A stretch of 64,000 nucleotides of DNA from Candidatus Sericytochromatia bacterium. GTDB lineage: Bacteria; Cyanobacteriota; Sericytochromatia; S15B-MN24; VGJW01. This document shows, piece after piece, positions 18,862-28,599 of the stretch. The notes under the pieces were generated by a model. It was not told where the DNA came from and ran no database searches. It saw nothing but the letters and a program-made list of their open reading frames with translations. The position numbers and the translations under genes were made by a program. The first letter of the stretch is position 1; each line of letters opens with the position of its first letter. Where the stretch lies: NCBI GenBank assembly GCA_035285595.1, contig JAYKGV010000028.1:13795-77794 (forward strand). Direction: 5' to 3'.

Positions 18862-19380
18862 ATGGAGTACATGGAGCATCTGGATTGGCCCTGGCCCGTC
18901 GCCTGGGTACGGACCTGGCAGGCACCCTGGCGCCGGATACCTGCTCCAGAGTCCGTCGAGCACGCCCGATTCGCGGAAGCCTGGGATATGGCGCAGGCCG
19001 GAGCTTGGCAGGCAGCCCGCGGAGAAGTCCGCGAGCTGCTGCAAGGGTGCCGTGACCTCCCTGCAGCTTGGAACCTTCTTGGTATCGCGGAGTTGCACTT
19101 GCAAGATGTTGAGCAGGCGCTCGCCTCCTTCTCCGTATTGAGCGGCTTGGCCGGGCGCGATGTACGGCCACACAACAACCTGGCGGTTTGCCATCATCGC
19201 CTGGGGCGGGGTGACTGGGCAGAGGCCGCACTTCGACGGGCGCTCCAGATTGCTCCGAGTCACCCCGTGGTGCTAGGGAATCTCATGTCGTTGCTGGGTC
19301 AGGGGGAAGTGGGGCCGGATCGCCGGGAGGGCCATCGCCTTCTGGAAGTCGTTCGGCGGCATATTCCGGAGCGACTGTGA
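18862..19380 (+). CDS. TPR-like repeat protein
   Basis: Starts 8 nt after the sdaAA stop. 'AWNLLGIAELHLQDVEQALASFSVL' and 'AEAALRRALQIAPSHPVVLGNL' are TPR-like. Overlaps the convergent HDAC gene by about 98 nt. Confidence 0.5.
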   Translation: MEYMEHLDWPWPVAWVRTWQAPWRRIPAPESVEHARFAEAWDMAQAGAWQAARGEVRELLQGCRDLPAAWNLLGIAELHLQDVEQALASFSVLSGLAGRDVRPHNNLAVCHHRLGRGDWAEAALRRALQIAPSHPVVLGNLMSLLGQGEVGPDRREGHRLLEVVRRHIPERL

Positions 19381-20392
19381 AGCCGCTCTCGGCAAAGATG
19401 AGCTCGAATTCCCTGCGTCTTCTCTGCCATCGCTCGTCGGAAAGGACCACCCGTGGGGGGGGGGCCTCGGTCAGTTCCTTCCTCTGGCCGGTGAGACCCG
19501 CCAGTGTGGCGAGGACTGAGCGCGCAGTGGCCTCCGGGGCATACCCACCCTCCAGAACGCCAAGGATGGCAGGTTTGCCCAAAAGGTCCACCGTCGTGTG
19601 TGCAAGCATCTTGGCGAGGTCGTGGAACGTTCGGGTCTCGAGCGAGAGGTGGCCGAGAGGATCGGCGTGATGGGCATCGAAACCAGCCGACAGCAACACC
19701 AGATCAGGGGTCTGCCTACGTAGCCACGGCACGACCCACCTTTCGAAAATCTCAAGGTAGGTCGCGTGTCCTGTCCGTGCAGGCAAGGCCAAATTGCGGA
19801 TTCGGCCCCCCATACGTTCCCCGCTGGGGCCCGTGCCCGGGAACTGACCTTCTTCGTGCAAGGAAAGGTAGCTGACCTCAGGCCAGTCCTCGACCAGAGA
19901 CTCCGTTCCATTTCCGTGGTGCACGTCCCAGTCGAGGATGGCGACCCTTCTCGCACCCAGTTCCAGCGCACCTCTCGCGGCCAGCGCGACGTGGTTCGTC
20001 AGGCAAAAGCCCATGGCTCGATCGGCCGAGGCATGATGCCCGGGAGGTCTTGCCGCGACGAAGACCGGCTGGCCTCCCACGGCGTCCGTCAGACCGGCAA
20101 GGGCGGAACCGGCAGCAGCGAGGGCCGCCGTCAGGCTTCCCGGCGCCATGGTCGTGTCGTCGTCCAATACCGCGCCGCCCGCAGCATCTGTCCGGATGAG
20201 CAGGTCCACGTGGGCAGGGGTGTGGACGGACAGAAGCTGATCCGTGGTCGCGGCCTCGGGCATCCGTATGACCAGACCGGACGCTTGCTCCAGATGCTCA
20301 TGCAGGACTTTCCAGCGGTCTGGATGCTCCGGATGGTCATCTCCCGGGTGATGTCCCTCGAAGACCACGCCCGAATACACGATGGCCCTCAT
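19283..20392 (-). CDS. Histone-deacetylase-family protein (AcuC / acetylpolyamine amidohydrolase-like)
   Basis: 'RPPGHHA', 'ILDWDVHHGNGT' and 'SAGFDAHHADPLG' are canonical HDAC motifs. Confidence 0.85.
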   Translation of the reverse strand: MRAIVYSGVVFEGHHPGDDHPEHPDRWKVLHEHLEQASGLVIRMPEAATTDQLLSVHTPAHVDLLIRTDAAGGAVLDDDTTMAPGSLTAALAAAGSALAGLTDAVGGQPVFVAARPPGHHASADRAMGFCLTNHVALAARGALELGARRVAILDWDVHHGNGTESLVEDWPEVSYLSLHEEGQFPGTGPSGERMGGRIRNLALPARTGHATYLEIFERWVVPWLRRQTPDLVLLSAGFDAHHADPLGHLSLETRTFHDLAKMLAHTTVDLLGKPAILGVLEGGYAPEATARSVLATLAGLTGQRKELTEAPPPRVVLSDERWQRRRREFELIFAESGFTVAPEYAAERLPEGDGPPGDPAPLPPDPATT

Positions 20393-21618
20393 CCTTCGCG
20401 CGCCCCGCGGGGGGGGTCGACCTCCTGGGATGGCGGTCTGCCTTCCCGTCCGGCTGGTGTCCTGGGGGTGGTCGAGCGCGGGGGCGGAGAGGTCGATGTC
20501 GGGGGGACGGGCGAACCCACCTTGCTTCCCTGGGCCAAATGGCGCTCAATGGCCTCCAGCCGTTTCGCCAGGCGGCTGACCTGTTGACGACTCTCTTCCC
20601 GCAGCTGTTCGAGGTTCTCATACAGGCCACTGGTGGAATGGGTGGCGCTCTGCAGGGCTTCCTGGGCCAGACGCCAAGTCTGGAAGGTGTCGCGCAGCTC
20701 CTTCAGGCCCAGCTGCTGTTGGCCCAGTCCGGCGGTCAGCGCCGCCAGTTGGCCCGCGCGGACCGTATCGTCCAGCTCTTCTCGCAGGCTACCGGTCAAG
20801 TCCGCGAGGCCCGCAAGTCTCTGCCCCACGTCCTCACGGACCTCCTCGACGTGCTGGCCGAGCTCCGTCACAGCCTGTTGCCGCAACTTTTCCGTCTGCT
20901 GTCGTTGCATTTCAGACTGTTCCATGGCGTCAAGCCGCCCGGCGAATCCCGCGAGCTGCTCGAGGCGGTCAGGCAGGGTCACAAGGACGTCCTTAGCTCC
21001 CTGCAGCGTCGTGACCCAGGCTGCAAGGGTCTCCTCCATGCTCCGGACGCGATCGGCCATCTCGCGGGCCAACGTTTGTACCAACTCTTCTCGCCTGAGG
21101 TTGTCCTCGTGCAGGGTAGCCACGGCTTCCCGCAGGGCAGGAACACCCTCTGCCGGATCTTCGACCCGTACCAAGGCTTCGACCACCTCGGCCAAAGTCA
21201 GGCGATCTTCCCGGGTCCGTTCTGCCTCCTCCTGCAGAGGCGAGAGGGTCTGGGCGAAGTCCTCCTCGATTTCGGCACGTTGACCCAGAGCGGCCTCGGC
21301 CAGACTTTCGGCTGCGTCGATACGAGCCCCGAGCCGCTGGACGGTCTCCCGTGCGAGCCCATCCGGGCCGTGGGCCAGTTCCTCGAGCGCTGTCAGCCTG
21401 TCTCTGAGTTCAATGAGCACAGGCTGCAGTCCGTCGGCCATCGCGGCCGCGCCCCACGCCGTGGTTTGCAGAACTTCCTGCAGCAGTTCGGCCACGCGTT
21501 CGGCCGTTTGGCTTGCTTCGCGTCGGACTTTCCACTCGAGATCGAACACCGCCCGACGTATCGGGGGAAAGGCGTCGGCCTCCTTGCGGCCGGCCTCTGC
21601 AGACTCTTCCCCACGCAT
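20389..21618 (-). CDS. Coiled-coil protein (E/L/R/Q-rich)
   Basis: Heptad-like composition. Its stop overlaps the HDAC start (ATGA). The track ORF reaches 21690; the internal Met at 21618 is preferred to leave a promoter region shared with mnmA. Confidence 0.55.
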   Translation of the reverse strand: MRGEESAEAGRKEADAFPPIRRAVFDLEWKVRREASQTAERVAELLQEVLQTTAWGAAAMADGLQPVLIELRDRLTALEELAHGPDGLARETVQRLGARIDAAESLAEAALGQRAEIEEDFAQTLSPLQEEAERTREDRLTLAEVVEALVRVEDPAEGVPALREAVATLHEDNLRREELVQTLAREMADRVRSMEETLAAWVTTLQGAKDVLVTLPDRLEQLAGFAGRLDAMEQSEMQRQQTEKLRQQAVTELGQHVEEVREDVGQRLAGLADLTGSLREELDDTVRAGQLAALTAGLGQQQLGLKELRDTFQTWRLAQEALQSATHSTSGLYENLEQLREESRQQVSRLAKRLEAIERHLAQGSKVGSPVPPTSTSPPPRSTTPRTPAGREGRPPSQEVDPPRGAREG

Positions 21619-21688
21619 CTCGTCTGCCGTCACGCCGCCTCCTGGCCTGAAACGGCCCAGTTCTCTGCTACCATGCCATTCTAAGGGC

Positions 21689-22759
21689 ATGGAACGTCAG
21701 ATGCGTATCGCAGTGGGCCTGAGTGGCGGTGTCGACAGCTCGGTGGCGGCGGCTCGCCTCGTCGCTGAGGGTCATGAGGTGGTCGGGGTCACGATGGTGA
21801 TCTGGCCCGATTCCTCGTGCTGCGGGGCCGAGGCCATCGCCGATGCGGCCGAGCTGGCCGGAAAGCTGGGCATTCTCCATCTAAAGGTGGACCTCATGGA
21901 CCGGTTCAAGGAAGAAGTCGTCGATCCCTTCCTTGCGACCTACGCGGACGGACGTACCCCGAACCCTTGTCCGACGTGCAACGAGCGTTTGAAGTTCGAC
22001 CATATGTGGCGGGCGGCCAGGGAAGCCTGTGGTACGGAGTACCTCGCCACTGGCCACTATGCCAGGGTGTCCCGTGACGAGGGGACGGGACGCTGGCAGC
22101 TGCGGTCGGGTCTGGACCCCCGTAAGGACCAAGCCTACATGTTATGGCGCCTGTCGCAGGAGCAGCTTTCTCGTCTCATCACTCCCTTGGGGGCGATGAC
22201 CAAGGACGAGACCCGTGCCGAGGCCGTCAGGTTGGGTCTGGGGGTGGCGGCCAAGCCTGACAGTCAGGACCTCTGCTTCACTTCTGATGACTTGTCAGGT
22301 TTCCTGGCGCGCCATCTTCCCGAACACGAGCGTCCGGGGCCCATCGTGGACTTGTCTGGTCAGGTGCTGGGCCAGCATCGCGGCACGACCCACTTCACGG
22401 TAGGTCAGCGTCGCGGCCTCGGCGTGGCTGCAGCCACGCCGCTCTACGTGCTCGATGTCCTGCCTTCCGAAGGAGCAGTCGTCGTGGGGCCGCGTGAGCA
22501 GACGATGATACGAGCCTTTGGTGTTGAAGACGTACGTTGGGTCTCCATTCACCCGCCCGAGGACGATCGTGCCGTTCAGGTGCGTATCCGCCACGGAGGC
22601 TCCCTGCTCGCAGCCACGTTGGAACGACAAGGTTCAAGCTGGCGGATTTTGTTGGAAGAGCCGGTGGCGGGGGTCGCTCCCGGGCAATATGCGGTGTTCC
22701 ATGAGGACGACTTGGTCCTTGGGGGTGGCACCATCACCCGCGACGTCCTCCGCGCCTGA
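21689..22759 (+). CDS. mnmA: tRNA-specific 2-thiouridylase
   Basis: PP-loop 'IAVGLSGGVDSSVAA'. 'ATGHYARV' and 'KDQAYMLW'. C-terminus 'GQYAVFHEDDLVLGGGTI'. Confidence 0.9.
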   Translation: MERQMRIAVGLSGGVDSSVAAARLVAEGHEVVGVTMVIWPDSSCCGAEAIADAAELAGKLGILHLKVDLMDRFKEEVVDPFLATYADGRTPNPCPTCNERLKFDHMWRAAREACGTEYLATGHYARVSRDEGTGRWQLRSGLDPRKDQAYMLWRLSQEQLSRLITPLGAMTKDETRAEAVRLGLGVAAKPDSQDLCFTSDDLSGFLARHLPEHERPGPIVDLSGQVLGQHRGTTHFTVGQRRGLGVAAATPLYVLDVLPSEGAVVVGPREQTMIRAFGVEDVRWVSIHPPEDDRAVQVRIRHGGSLLAATLERQGSSWRILLEEPVAGVAPGQYAVFHEDDLVLGGGTITRDVLRA

Positions 22760-23824
22760 CGGGTCGGCCCAGGGGAAGACGCGCCGACGTGCGTCCTCTC
22801 GCTGTCGGGCCCGATATTCTTCGTGGCTCGCACGTCCCCGGAGGCCCGCCTCCCAAGAAGTTTTATCCAGGATCTGGACCTCGAAGGGAAAGAAGAAGCG
22901 CTCGACGGAACCCTGGGTCTCGTGGCGGATGAGGACCCGTGCGGTGAACTGCAAGGCTCTGCGGTCAGGGTCGGAGAAGGGGTTGCGTCTGCGATCGACC
23001 GGCAAGAAAGGTTGGCTGGCGAACTCCTCCAGCCGTGCAAGGTAGGTTGCGGGGTCGATCCTGCCGTCCTCGAGCTCCTGCCAGAGCTGCACGTGCCTTG
23101 CCTGAAGGCCCTCCAGATCCAAAAGCGAATTGGTACTGCGGCTCGGCTTGACATTCGGGAACGGGACGAGATGGTGGTCGCGAAGGTATCGCACGACCTC
23201 AAGGGCTTCTACCTTGCTGCGTGTGATGATACGCACGCCGAGATGGTCATAAATTTCTTCGGCGACGTTGTCTTTCTTGCATAACAGTTTCATGAGCAAG
23301 CTGTTCCAAGGCTTTCCAGACTTGAACCGGATGGAGTGCAGGGGCAAGTCGCCGAGGTAAGGACGACCATCCTCCTCGTTTAGGTGCTCGCGGAACCTGC
23401 TTTCTACTTGAGCCAGAGCATTGGTTACCTTGTCCCGTCCCGGAAGAAAGAGGGCATGGGCCACGGCGTGACACACCCTGAGCATTGAACAGGACCACGC
23501 CCGCATCGGGTCCGTGATCCGGCTGGCCGACAGCAACAGATCCACGGGGCGATCGGGAAGCTGGGACGGAATCTCGGTCAGTGCATGCCAAGGCAACAGG
23601 ACTTCCTCGATGAAAGTTCGCGCCAACCGAAGAATTTTGGCCAGCTCCGCTCGGTCTCCCTCCTGTTCTGGATCAAGACCGTAGCCAGTAAGAAAGCTTC
23701 TTGCGCCGGACTCTTCGGTGATCTCGAGTCGGGGCAGGTCAATCGCCGAGCCACCCGAGACGATGGCTCCCAGCGTCGCCCAGTCGGTCGCCTTACGCCC
23801 GGCGACGGATTCGTGTCCGATCAT
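22634..23824 (-). CDS. Stand-alone RelA/SpoT-homolog (nucleotidyltransferase/alarmone-synthetase-like) domain protein
   Basis: 'IRFKSGKPWNSLLMKLLCKK...YDHLGVRIITRSKVEALEV' is like GRVKxxxSxxxK...DxxGxRII. 'FFPFEVQILDKTSWEAG' is like the EVQIRT..WAE motif. Its 3' end overlaps mnmA by about 126 nt, convergently. Confidence 0.6.
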   Translation of the reverse strand: MIGHESVAGRKATDWATLGAIVSGGSAIDLPRLEITEESGARSFLTGYGLDPEQEGDRAELAKILRLARTFIEEVLLPWHALTEIPSQLPDRPVDLLLSASRITDPMRAWSCSMLRVCHAVAHALFLPGRDKVTNALAQVESRFREHLNEEDGRPYLGDLPLHSIRFKSGKPWNSLLMKLLCKKDNVAEEIYDHLGVRIITRSKVEALEVVRYLRDHHLVPFPNVKPSRSTNSLLDLEGLQARHVQLWQELEDGRIDPATYLARLEEFASQPFLPVDRRRNPFSDPDRRALQFTARVLIRHETQGSVERFFFPFEVQILDKTSWEAGLRGRASHEEYRARQREDARRRVFPWADPSGAEDVAGDGATPKDQVVLMEHRILPGSDPRHRLFQQNPPA

Positions 23825-23889
23825 CTCGGGCCCTCCACTCCATCGTGGCTTTCAAAAGGACCCTAGCATCCAAGGCCGACCGGGGTCAA

Positions 23890-24462
23890 TCATTCTGCGA
23901 GCCGTTGCCGGAGGGCCCTGACTTCTCCCCTATCCAACCGGCGGTGTTGTCCCGGTCCCAATGGACCCAGGCTCAGTCCCGCCACCTCGACTCGGATGAG
24001 CCGCAGGCATGGATGACCGACTGCGGCCAGCATTTTGCGGACTTGCCGGTTGCGGCCTTCGCGCAGGATGACCTCGACCCATGCGGTCGGGATCGACTTG
24101 CGGAAACGAATGGGCACCGTGCGTTCGGGCCAGTCAGGGGGGGGCTCGAGATGCTTGAGGCCGGCAGGCCTCGTCAACCGCTCCTGCAGCAGGATCCCTC
24201 TCGAGAAGGCCGAGACGGCATCAGGGCCGGGCATGCCCTCGACTTGGGCGTGATACACCTTGGCGTGGCCGTGATCGGGATGGGTCAGCCTATGGGCGAA
24301 CCACGGTTCGTCAGTCAGGACGAGGAGGCCTTCAGAGTCGTGATCCAGTCTGCCTGCAGGATAGATGCCCGGAATGTCCAGCACGTCGGCGAGGGTCTGT
24401 CGGGTCCCCTCCGGACTGAATTGGCAAAGCGTGCCGTACGGTTTGTGCAACAACACGATCAT
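23890..24462 (-). CDS. rluE: rRNA pseudouridine synthase (RluE/RsuA family)
   Basis: 'IVLLHKPYGTLCQF...GRLDHDSEGLLVLTDE'. Start ATG overlaps the upstream kinase stop (ATGA). Confidence 0.75.
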   Translation of the reverse strand: MIVLLHKPYGTLCQFSPEGTRQTLADVLDIPGIYPAGRLDHDSEGLLVLTDEPWFAHRLTHPDHGHAKVYHAQVEGMPGPDAVSAFSRGILLQERLTRPAGLKHLEPPPDWPERTVPIRFRKSIPTAWVEVILREGRNRQVRKMLAAVGHPCLRLIRVEVAGLSLGPLGPGQHRRLDRGEVRALRQRLAE

Positions 24463-25493
24463 CGCGGTGGACCCTCGTGCCACAGACGGCCAGCGGGGCT
24501 TTGCCACCAGCGCAGCATGGTCAATTGGCCCTTGAGGAAGTCATGAGCTTCACCAAATCTGCCCGCGGCAGCCAGACGGCTGGCTCTTCGTCCGGCTGAG
24601 CCGACTCGCCCCAACACGACCAAGGGCAACAGATCCTCCCACGGTGGGGGTCGGCGGACGTCGGCGAATCCTGCCAGCAAGTCTGCAGCGACCCGAGGTC
24701 TCGCCTGCCCGCCTGCGGCAAGCACGGGCCAGGGTAGGGCAAGAGCAGCCACGGCCAGCGCCAGGTCGAGGCCTTCTGGGCCCGTTGTCCAGGCTTCGGG
24801 ATCCAGCACGCTGCTGATCTCGTCCTTTGAAAACAGCATGTTTCGCGGCAGAGGGTCGCCGTGGTGCCAGTACAGACCTCCAGCGGATGATGCGGAATGC
24901 CTTGCCAGGAGGGCTTCCACGAAGGGCCTCACCTCGCGCCACCAACGGTGAAGCATGGCTCGGGCCGTCGGCATGGGCCAAGTCGGTGCCGCACCCGTCC
25001 CGATCCAGGAGACATCCGCCCAGACCCCCGCCTCCCCGACGGGACGATGCGCAGGCTCGACCGGACGAACCGCGGCGAGGCGGCCCAGCAGCCTGCCGAT
25101 GGCGCGAGCGTGCGCTGCATCCAGGAGAGGCGCGAAGGGCGGACGATCGACATACGCGTCGCGGCCCAGCCCGGCACGCCACGTCTCTACCCATTGACCG
25201 TCGTTGAGTATCCACGGTGAACCGGAGAGGGACGCAAGCGTTTCTGGGAAGGGTATGCCGGAGGTGCGCAAATGCCGGAGGACCCGATGCATCCGCTCCA
25301 TCCCCAGAGGGCCCGCCGCCTGCTGCGGACGCCACTTCACCCAGACGTGTCCGCGGTCCTTCATGCGCCATCGCCAGACCACGCTGTTGGGCATTCTCCG
25401 GGGCGGGCCCTCGGGACGAGCATCGGCGAGCGAAGGGAAGGCTTCGCGGACAAAGACTTCGGGATTCGCGCCAAGGCTTCGCACGTCTCTCAT
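24459..25493 (-). CDS. Aminoglycoside-phosphotransferase-like kinase (APH/ChoK fold)
   Basis: 'HGDPLPRNMLF' is the catalytic HGD motif. Brenner-like features are present. The start is uncertain; internal Met at 25394. Confidence 0.6.
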   Translation of the reverse strand: MRDVRSLGANPEVFVREAFPSLADARPEGPPRRMPNSVVWRWRMKDRGHVWVKWRPQQAAGPLGMERMHRVLRHLRTSGIPFPETLASLSGSPWILNDGQWVETWRAGLGRDAYVDRPPFAPLLDAAHARAIGRLLGRLAAVRPVEPAHRPVGEAGVWADVSWIGTGAAPTWPMPTARAMLHRWWREVRPFVEALLARHSASSAGGLYWHHGDPLPRNMLFSKDEISSVLDPEAWTTGPEGLDLALAVAALALPWPVLAAGGQARPRVAADLLAGFADVRRPPPWEDLLPLVVLGRVGSAGRRASRLAAAGRFGEAHDFLKGQLTMLRWWQSPAGRLWHEGPPR

Positions 25494-26446
25494 CCCGACC
25501 CCTCGAGTTCGTGGACCTGCCTCGACCAGAACCAGCCTTCCCGGAACCCGACGCTACCGTAGAAGCCGCTCAGGGTGGTCCAGTCGATCACGATCAGGCT
25601 GGGTTGGTTACCCCAGAGGTCCTTCAATCCCTCACGCAACAGGGCACGCCCGGCACCTTGCCCTCGAAGGTCCTGCGCTACCCCCAGGGGACCCATCGCA
25701 GCCACACGTTCGTCATGCCCCCGCCAACGCCACGTCCAGGCGCTCCCCGGTTCGTGCACGAGTGCAAAGGCCACCGGCCTCTCGCCCTTCCAGCCGCCGA
25801 GGAGTCGGCTTCCTGGCCAGTGACCATGATGGACCGCGAGGGCCTCGGTGGGCCACCTTCCCGGAAATTCCCGCGAGAGCCAATCCAGCAGGGCCGTCGA
25901 GCCATGCGAGGGATCCCACTCGAACCGCAATTCGCCAGAGTCACGATCCAAGGTCCCACGGTCGAAGAAAGGGGGTCGGGCGATCATGTCCCAGGTTCTT
26001 CCAGCAGAATGGAAGCCCCAGGATGCCAGGATCGTCCGGGCTTCGGTGGCCGCCTCGGGCAATCCCGGCCACCAGTGGGACCAGCCGCCCCCTGACCAGA
26101 GGCGCTCAAGACCGCGCGTCCGTGCTTCGTCGACGACGGCCAGACCCAGAGCCCTGAGCGCATCAGGGCTTGCCGAAGCCACGGTATCCCAGGCAAGGCC
26201 CCTCAAGGCACCTTCTCCCTCTCCGGGGAATTCGGCCTCGATCCAGGCTCGCAAAGTTCCCGACGGGTCATGCAGCTCCCAGAGGATGCGTGGTTCGTCA
26301 GCCGACGGGGGATGCTCATAGGCCGAGGGCATGGGAAGGGTGGGCAAAGGCCACGTCGGGGCCCAGAAGGACCGGGCCAGATCCCAGTGGGCCTTCACAG
26401 GCTTGCCCGGCCCCTTGCGGACCCTCCAGCCGGGGGGTGTTACCAT
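25490..26446 (-). CDS. GNAT-family N-acetyltransferase-like protein
   Basis: 'MGPLGVAQDLRGQGAGRALL' is the acetyl-CoA-binding motif A. Overlaps the downstream kinase start by 4 nt. Alternative start at 26332. Confidence 0.55.
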   Translation of the reverse strand: MVTPPGWRVRKGPGKPVKAHWDLARSFWAPTWPLPTLPMPSAYEHPPSADEPRILWELHDPSGTLRAWIEAEFPGEGEGALRGLAWDTVASASPDALRALGLAVVDEARTRGLERLWSGGGWSHWWPGLPEAATEARTILASWGFHSAGRTWDMIARPPFFDRGTLDRDSGELRFEWDPSHGSTALLDWLSREFPGRWPTEALAVHHGHWPGSRLLGGWKGERPVAFALVHEPGSAWTWRWRGHDERVAAMGPLGVAQDLRGQGAGRALLREGLKDLWGNQPSLIVIDWTTLSGFYGSVGFREGWFWSRQVHELEGSG

Positions 26447-26455
26447 GGCCCCAGC

Positions 26456-27703
26456 ATGTCCCGTGTGTCCCGCCGCGTGCTGTCCGCCCTGCTCGCAGGG
26501 TGGGCTTCCGTCCTGCTCGGGGCGTGTACTTCTCGGCCCGATGTCGGTCTGCGTTTCAGCACCTGGGGATCGCTGGACGAAATCGCGACCCTACGCCCCA
26601 TCCTGGAGGAGTTCACCCGAAGGGAGGGTATTCCGGTCGATTTGATCCACATCCCCGATGAGTATGCCCACAAGTTGCGGTTGATGGTCGTGGGTGGTTC
26701 CGTCCCTGATGTGATGTTCATGTCGAACGAAGCCTTGCCGGGCTTTGCCCGCAGGGGCGTGTTGGCTGACTTGGGACCGAGGTTGGTCAAGGACCCAGCC
26801 GTTCGGGAAAGTGACTTCTTCCCCCAGGTCCTCGAGGCGATGCGTTGGAAAGGAGCCCTGCACGGCCTGCCCAGAGACCTCTCCAACCTGGTTGTTTTCT
26901 ACAACAAGGATCTTTTTGATGCGGCAGGAGTCCCGTACCCTAAGCCGGGCTGGACGGTGGCTGATCTGGAGCGCATCGCACCCCGCCTGACGATCCCTGG
27001 CCGGCAGTGGGCCATTGGCTTCCAGCCCAATCCGCTCGTTTGGACTCCGTGGGTTTGGTCCTTCGGGGGGGATGTGATGGACGCAGGGATGACGCGCTGC
27101 ACGCTCGGAGAGCCCGAGGCTCGGGCGGGTTTGCAGTTCTACCTTGACTTGCGTCATCGCCACAGGGTGGCCCCTTCCGACAAGGATACGGGTAACGCGC
27201 GGATGACCCAGCTCTTCGCGACCGGCAAGTTGGCCATGTTCGTCTATGGTCGGTGGGCCGTGCCCGGATATCGGCGCAAGATCAACTTTCGCTGGGACGT
27301 CACCACGTTCCCCTCGGGTCCGGCCGGCAGCGTGGTGGATACGGACGCTTCGGGATGGGTCATGTCGGCTCGTACTCGGCATCCCGATGCCGCCTGGAAA
27401 CTCATCCGGCATCTCGCGGGCAAGCAAAGCAGCGAGGCGTTCACCCGTTCTGGCCTGATTGTTCCCGCCCGACCCGACGTGGCCCGGTCCCCCGTCTTTC
27501 TCTCGGGAGCTCCGGCCGGAAACAGGGTCTTTCTTGATGTGATCGCCAAGGGACGTCCGACGCGGGTGCCTCCCGCCTACGATGAGATCACGTGGGAACT
27601 CATCGATGGGCTCGGACCCGTGTGGACCGGCGAGGAGACCCTGGACCGCGCACTACCTCCTGTCGTTCGTCGCATCGACGCTTTGTTGGCTGAGGTGCGT
27701 TGA
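26456..27703 (+). CDS. ABC transporter substrate-binding lipoprotein (CUT1 / sugar family)
   Basis: Signal and lipobox 'LLAGWASVLLGAC|TS'. SBP_bac_1-like. Upstream of two MalF/MalG-type permeases. Confidence 0.8.
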   Translation: MSRVSRRVLSALLAGWASVLLGACTSRPDVGLRFSTWGSLDEIATLRPILEEFTRREGIPVDLIHIPDEYAHKLRLMVVGGSVPDVMFMSNEALPGFARRGVLADLGPRLVKDPAVRESDFFPQVLEAMRWKGALHGLPRDLSNLVVFYNKDLFDAAGVPYPKPGWTVADLERIAPRLTIPGRQWAIGFQPNPLVWTPWVWSFGGDVMDAGMTRCTLGEPEARAGLQFYLDLRHRHRVAPSDKDTGNARMTQLFATGKLAMFVYGRWAVPGYRRKINFRWDVTTFPSGPAGSVVDTDASGWVMSARTRHPDAAWKLIRHLAGKQSSEAFTRSGLIVPARPDVARSPVFLSGAPAGNRVFLDVIAKGRPTRVPPAYDEITWELIDGLGPVWTGEETLDRALPPVVRRIDALLAEVR

Positions 27704-28599
27704 TGCGCCCGACCTTGCATCCCTTGCGTTCCGAGCGTTGGTGGGGACTGCTGCTCGTGGTACCGGCTCTGGTGATCATCGGAACGTTCGGGGTCCTGCC
27801 CACGCTCGCATCGTTCCTGATTGGCTTCACGGACTGGGATCTTCTGGGGACCCCACGGTGGGTGGGACTGGACAACTACCGCTCTCTGGCGGCCGACCCG
27901 GTCTTTCCGAAGGTCATCGCCAATACGTTGCTGTTCGTCGTGCTGTACTTGCTGCTCGATTTGGTCCTGGCCCTGGCGCTGGCCCTCGCCCTGAATCAGA
28001 AGCTACGCGGGCTGGGATTTTTTCGCACGGCCTATTTCCTTCCGGTGGTCACCTCGATGGTTGCGGTCAGTATTGTCTGGGAGTGGATTTTCGATCCCCG
28101 TGCAGGGGCCCTGAACGAGGTCTTGCGCTGGGTCGGACTCGGTCCTGTGCATTGGCTTTCCGATCCGTCCACGGCCCTGCCCTCGCTGGTGGTCATGAGC
28201 GTCTGGAAGAGCCTCGGCACGAATGTCGTGCTCTTTCTCGCAGGTTTGCAGGCCCTCCCCGGTGAGGTACTGGAGTCTGCCGAAGTTGACGGAGCCACGG
28301 GTTGGCAGCGTTTCTGGCACGTCACCTTGCCCCTCCTTGGGCCTACGGTCCTGCTGGTCGGCATCCTCGCCTCGATCAGGGCGTTCCAGACCTTTGATTC
28401 GGTCTACATCATGACCCACGGGGGGCCCCGGAGGTCCACCACGGTCGTCGTTTACTGGCTCTTTCAGAACGCCTTCACTTATTTCAAGCTGGGCAAGGCT
28501 TCCGCACTGGCCTACATGCTGTTCGGAATCCTTGCGGCCCTGACCTGGGTGCAGTGGGCGTTGCGCAAGCGCTGGGTCCATCAGGAGCAGGACGCATGA
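27700..28599 (+). CDS. ABC sugar transporter permease (MalF/UgpA-like)
   Basis: Six TMs. EAA-loop region 'EVLESAEVDGATGWQRFWHVTLPLL'. Start overlaps the SBP stop. Confidence 0.85.
   Translation: MMRPTLHPLRSERWWGLLLVVPALVIIGTFGVLPTLASFLIGFTDWDLLGTPRWVGLDNYRSLAADPVFPKVIANTLLFVVLYLLLDLVLALALALALNQKLRGLGFFRTAYFLPVVTSMVAVSIVWEWIFDPRAGALNEVLRWVGLGPVHWLSDPSTALPSLVVMSVWKSLGTNVVLFLAGLQALPGEVLESAEVDGATGWQRFWHVTLPLLGPTVLLVGILASIRAFQTFDSVYIMTHGGPRRSTTVVVYWLFQNAFTYFKLGKASALAYMLFGILAALTWVQWALRKRWVHQEQDA

Noticed and set aside
17949-19178. 409-aa minus ORF across sdaAA and the TPR gene
   Set aside because: It is antisense to sdaAA, which has strong homology.
20539-21684. 381-aa + strand ORF
   Set aside because: It mirrors the coiled-coil gene (an E/R/L-rich sense strand gives an L/Q/S-rich antisense). 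The minus ORF ends with an ATGA overlap onto the HDAC start, which favours the minus strand.
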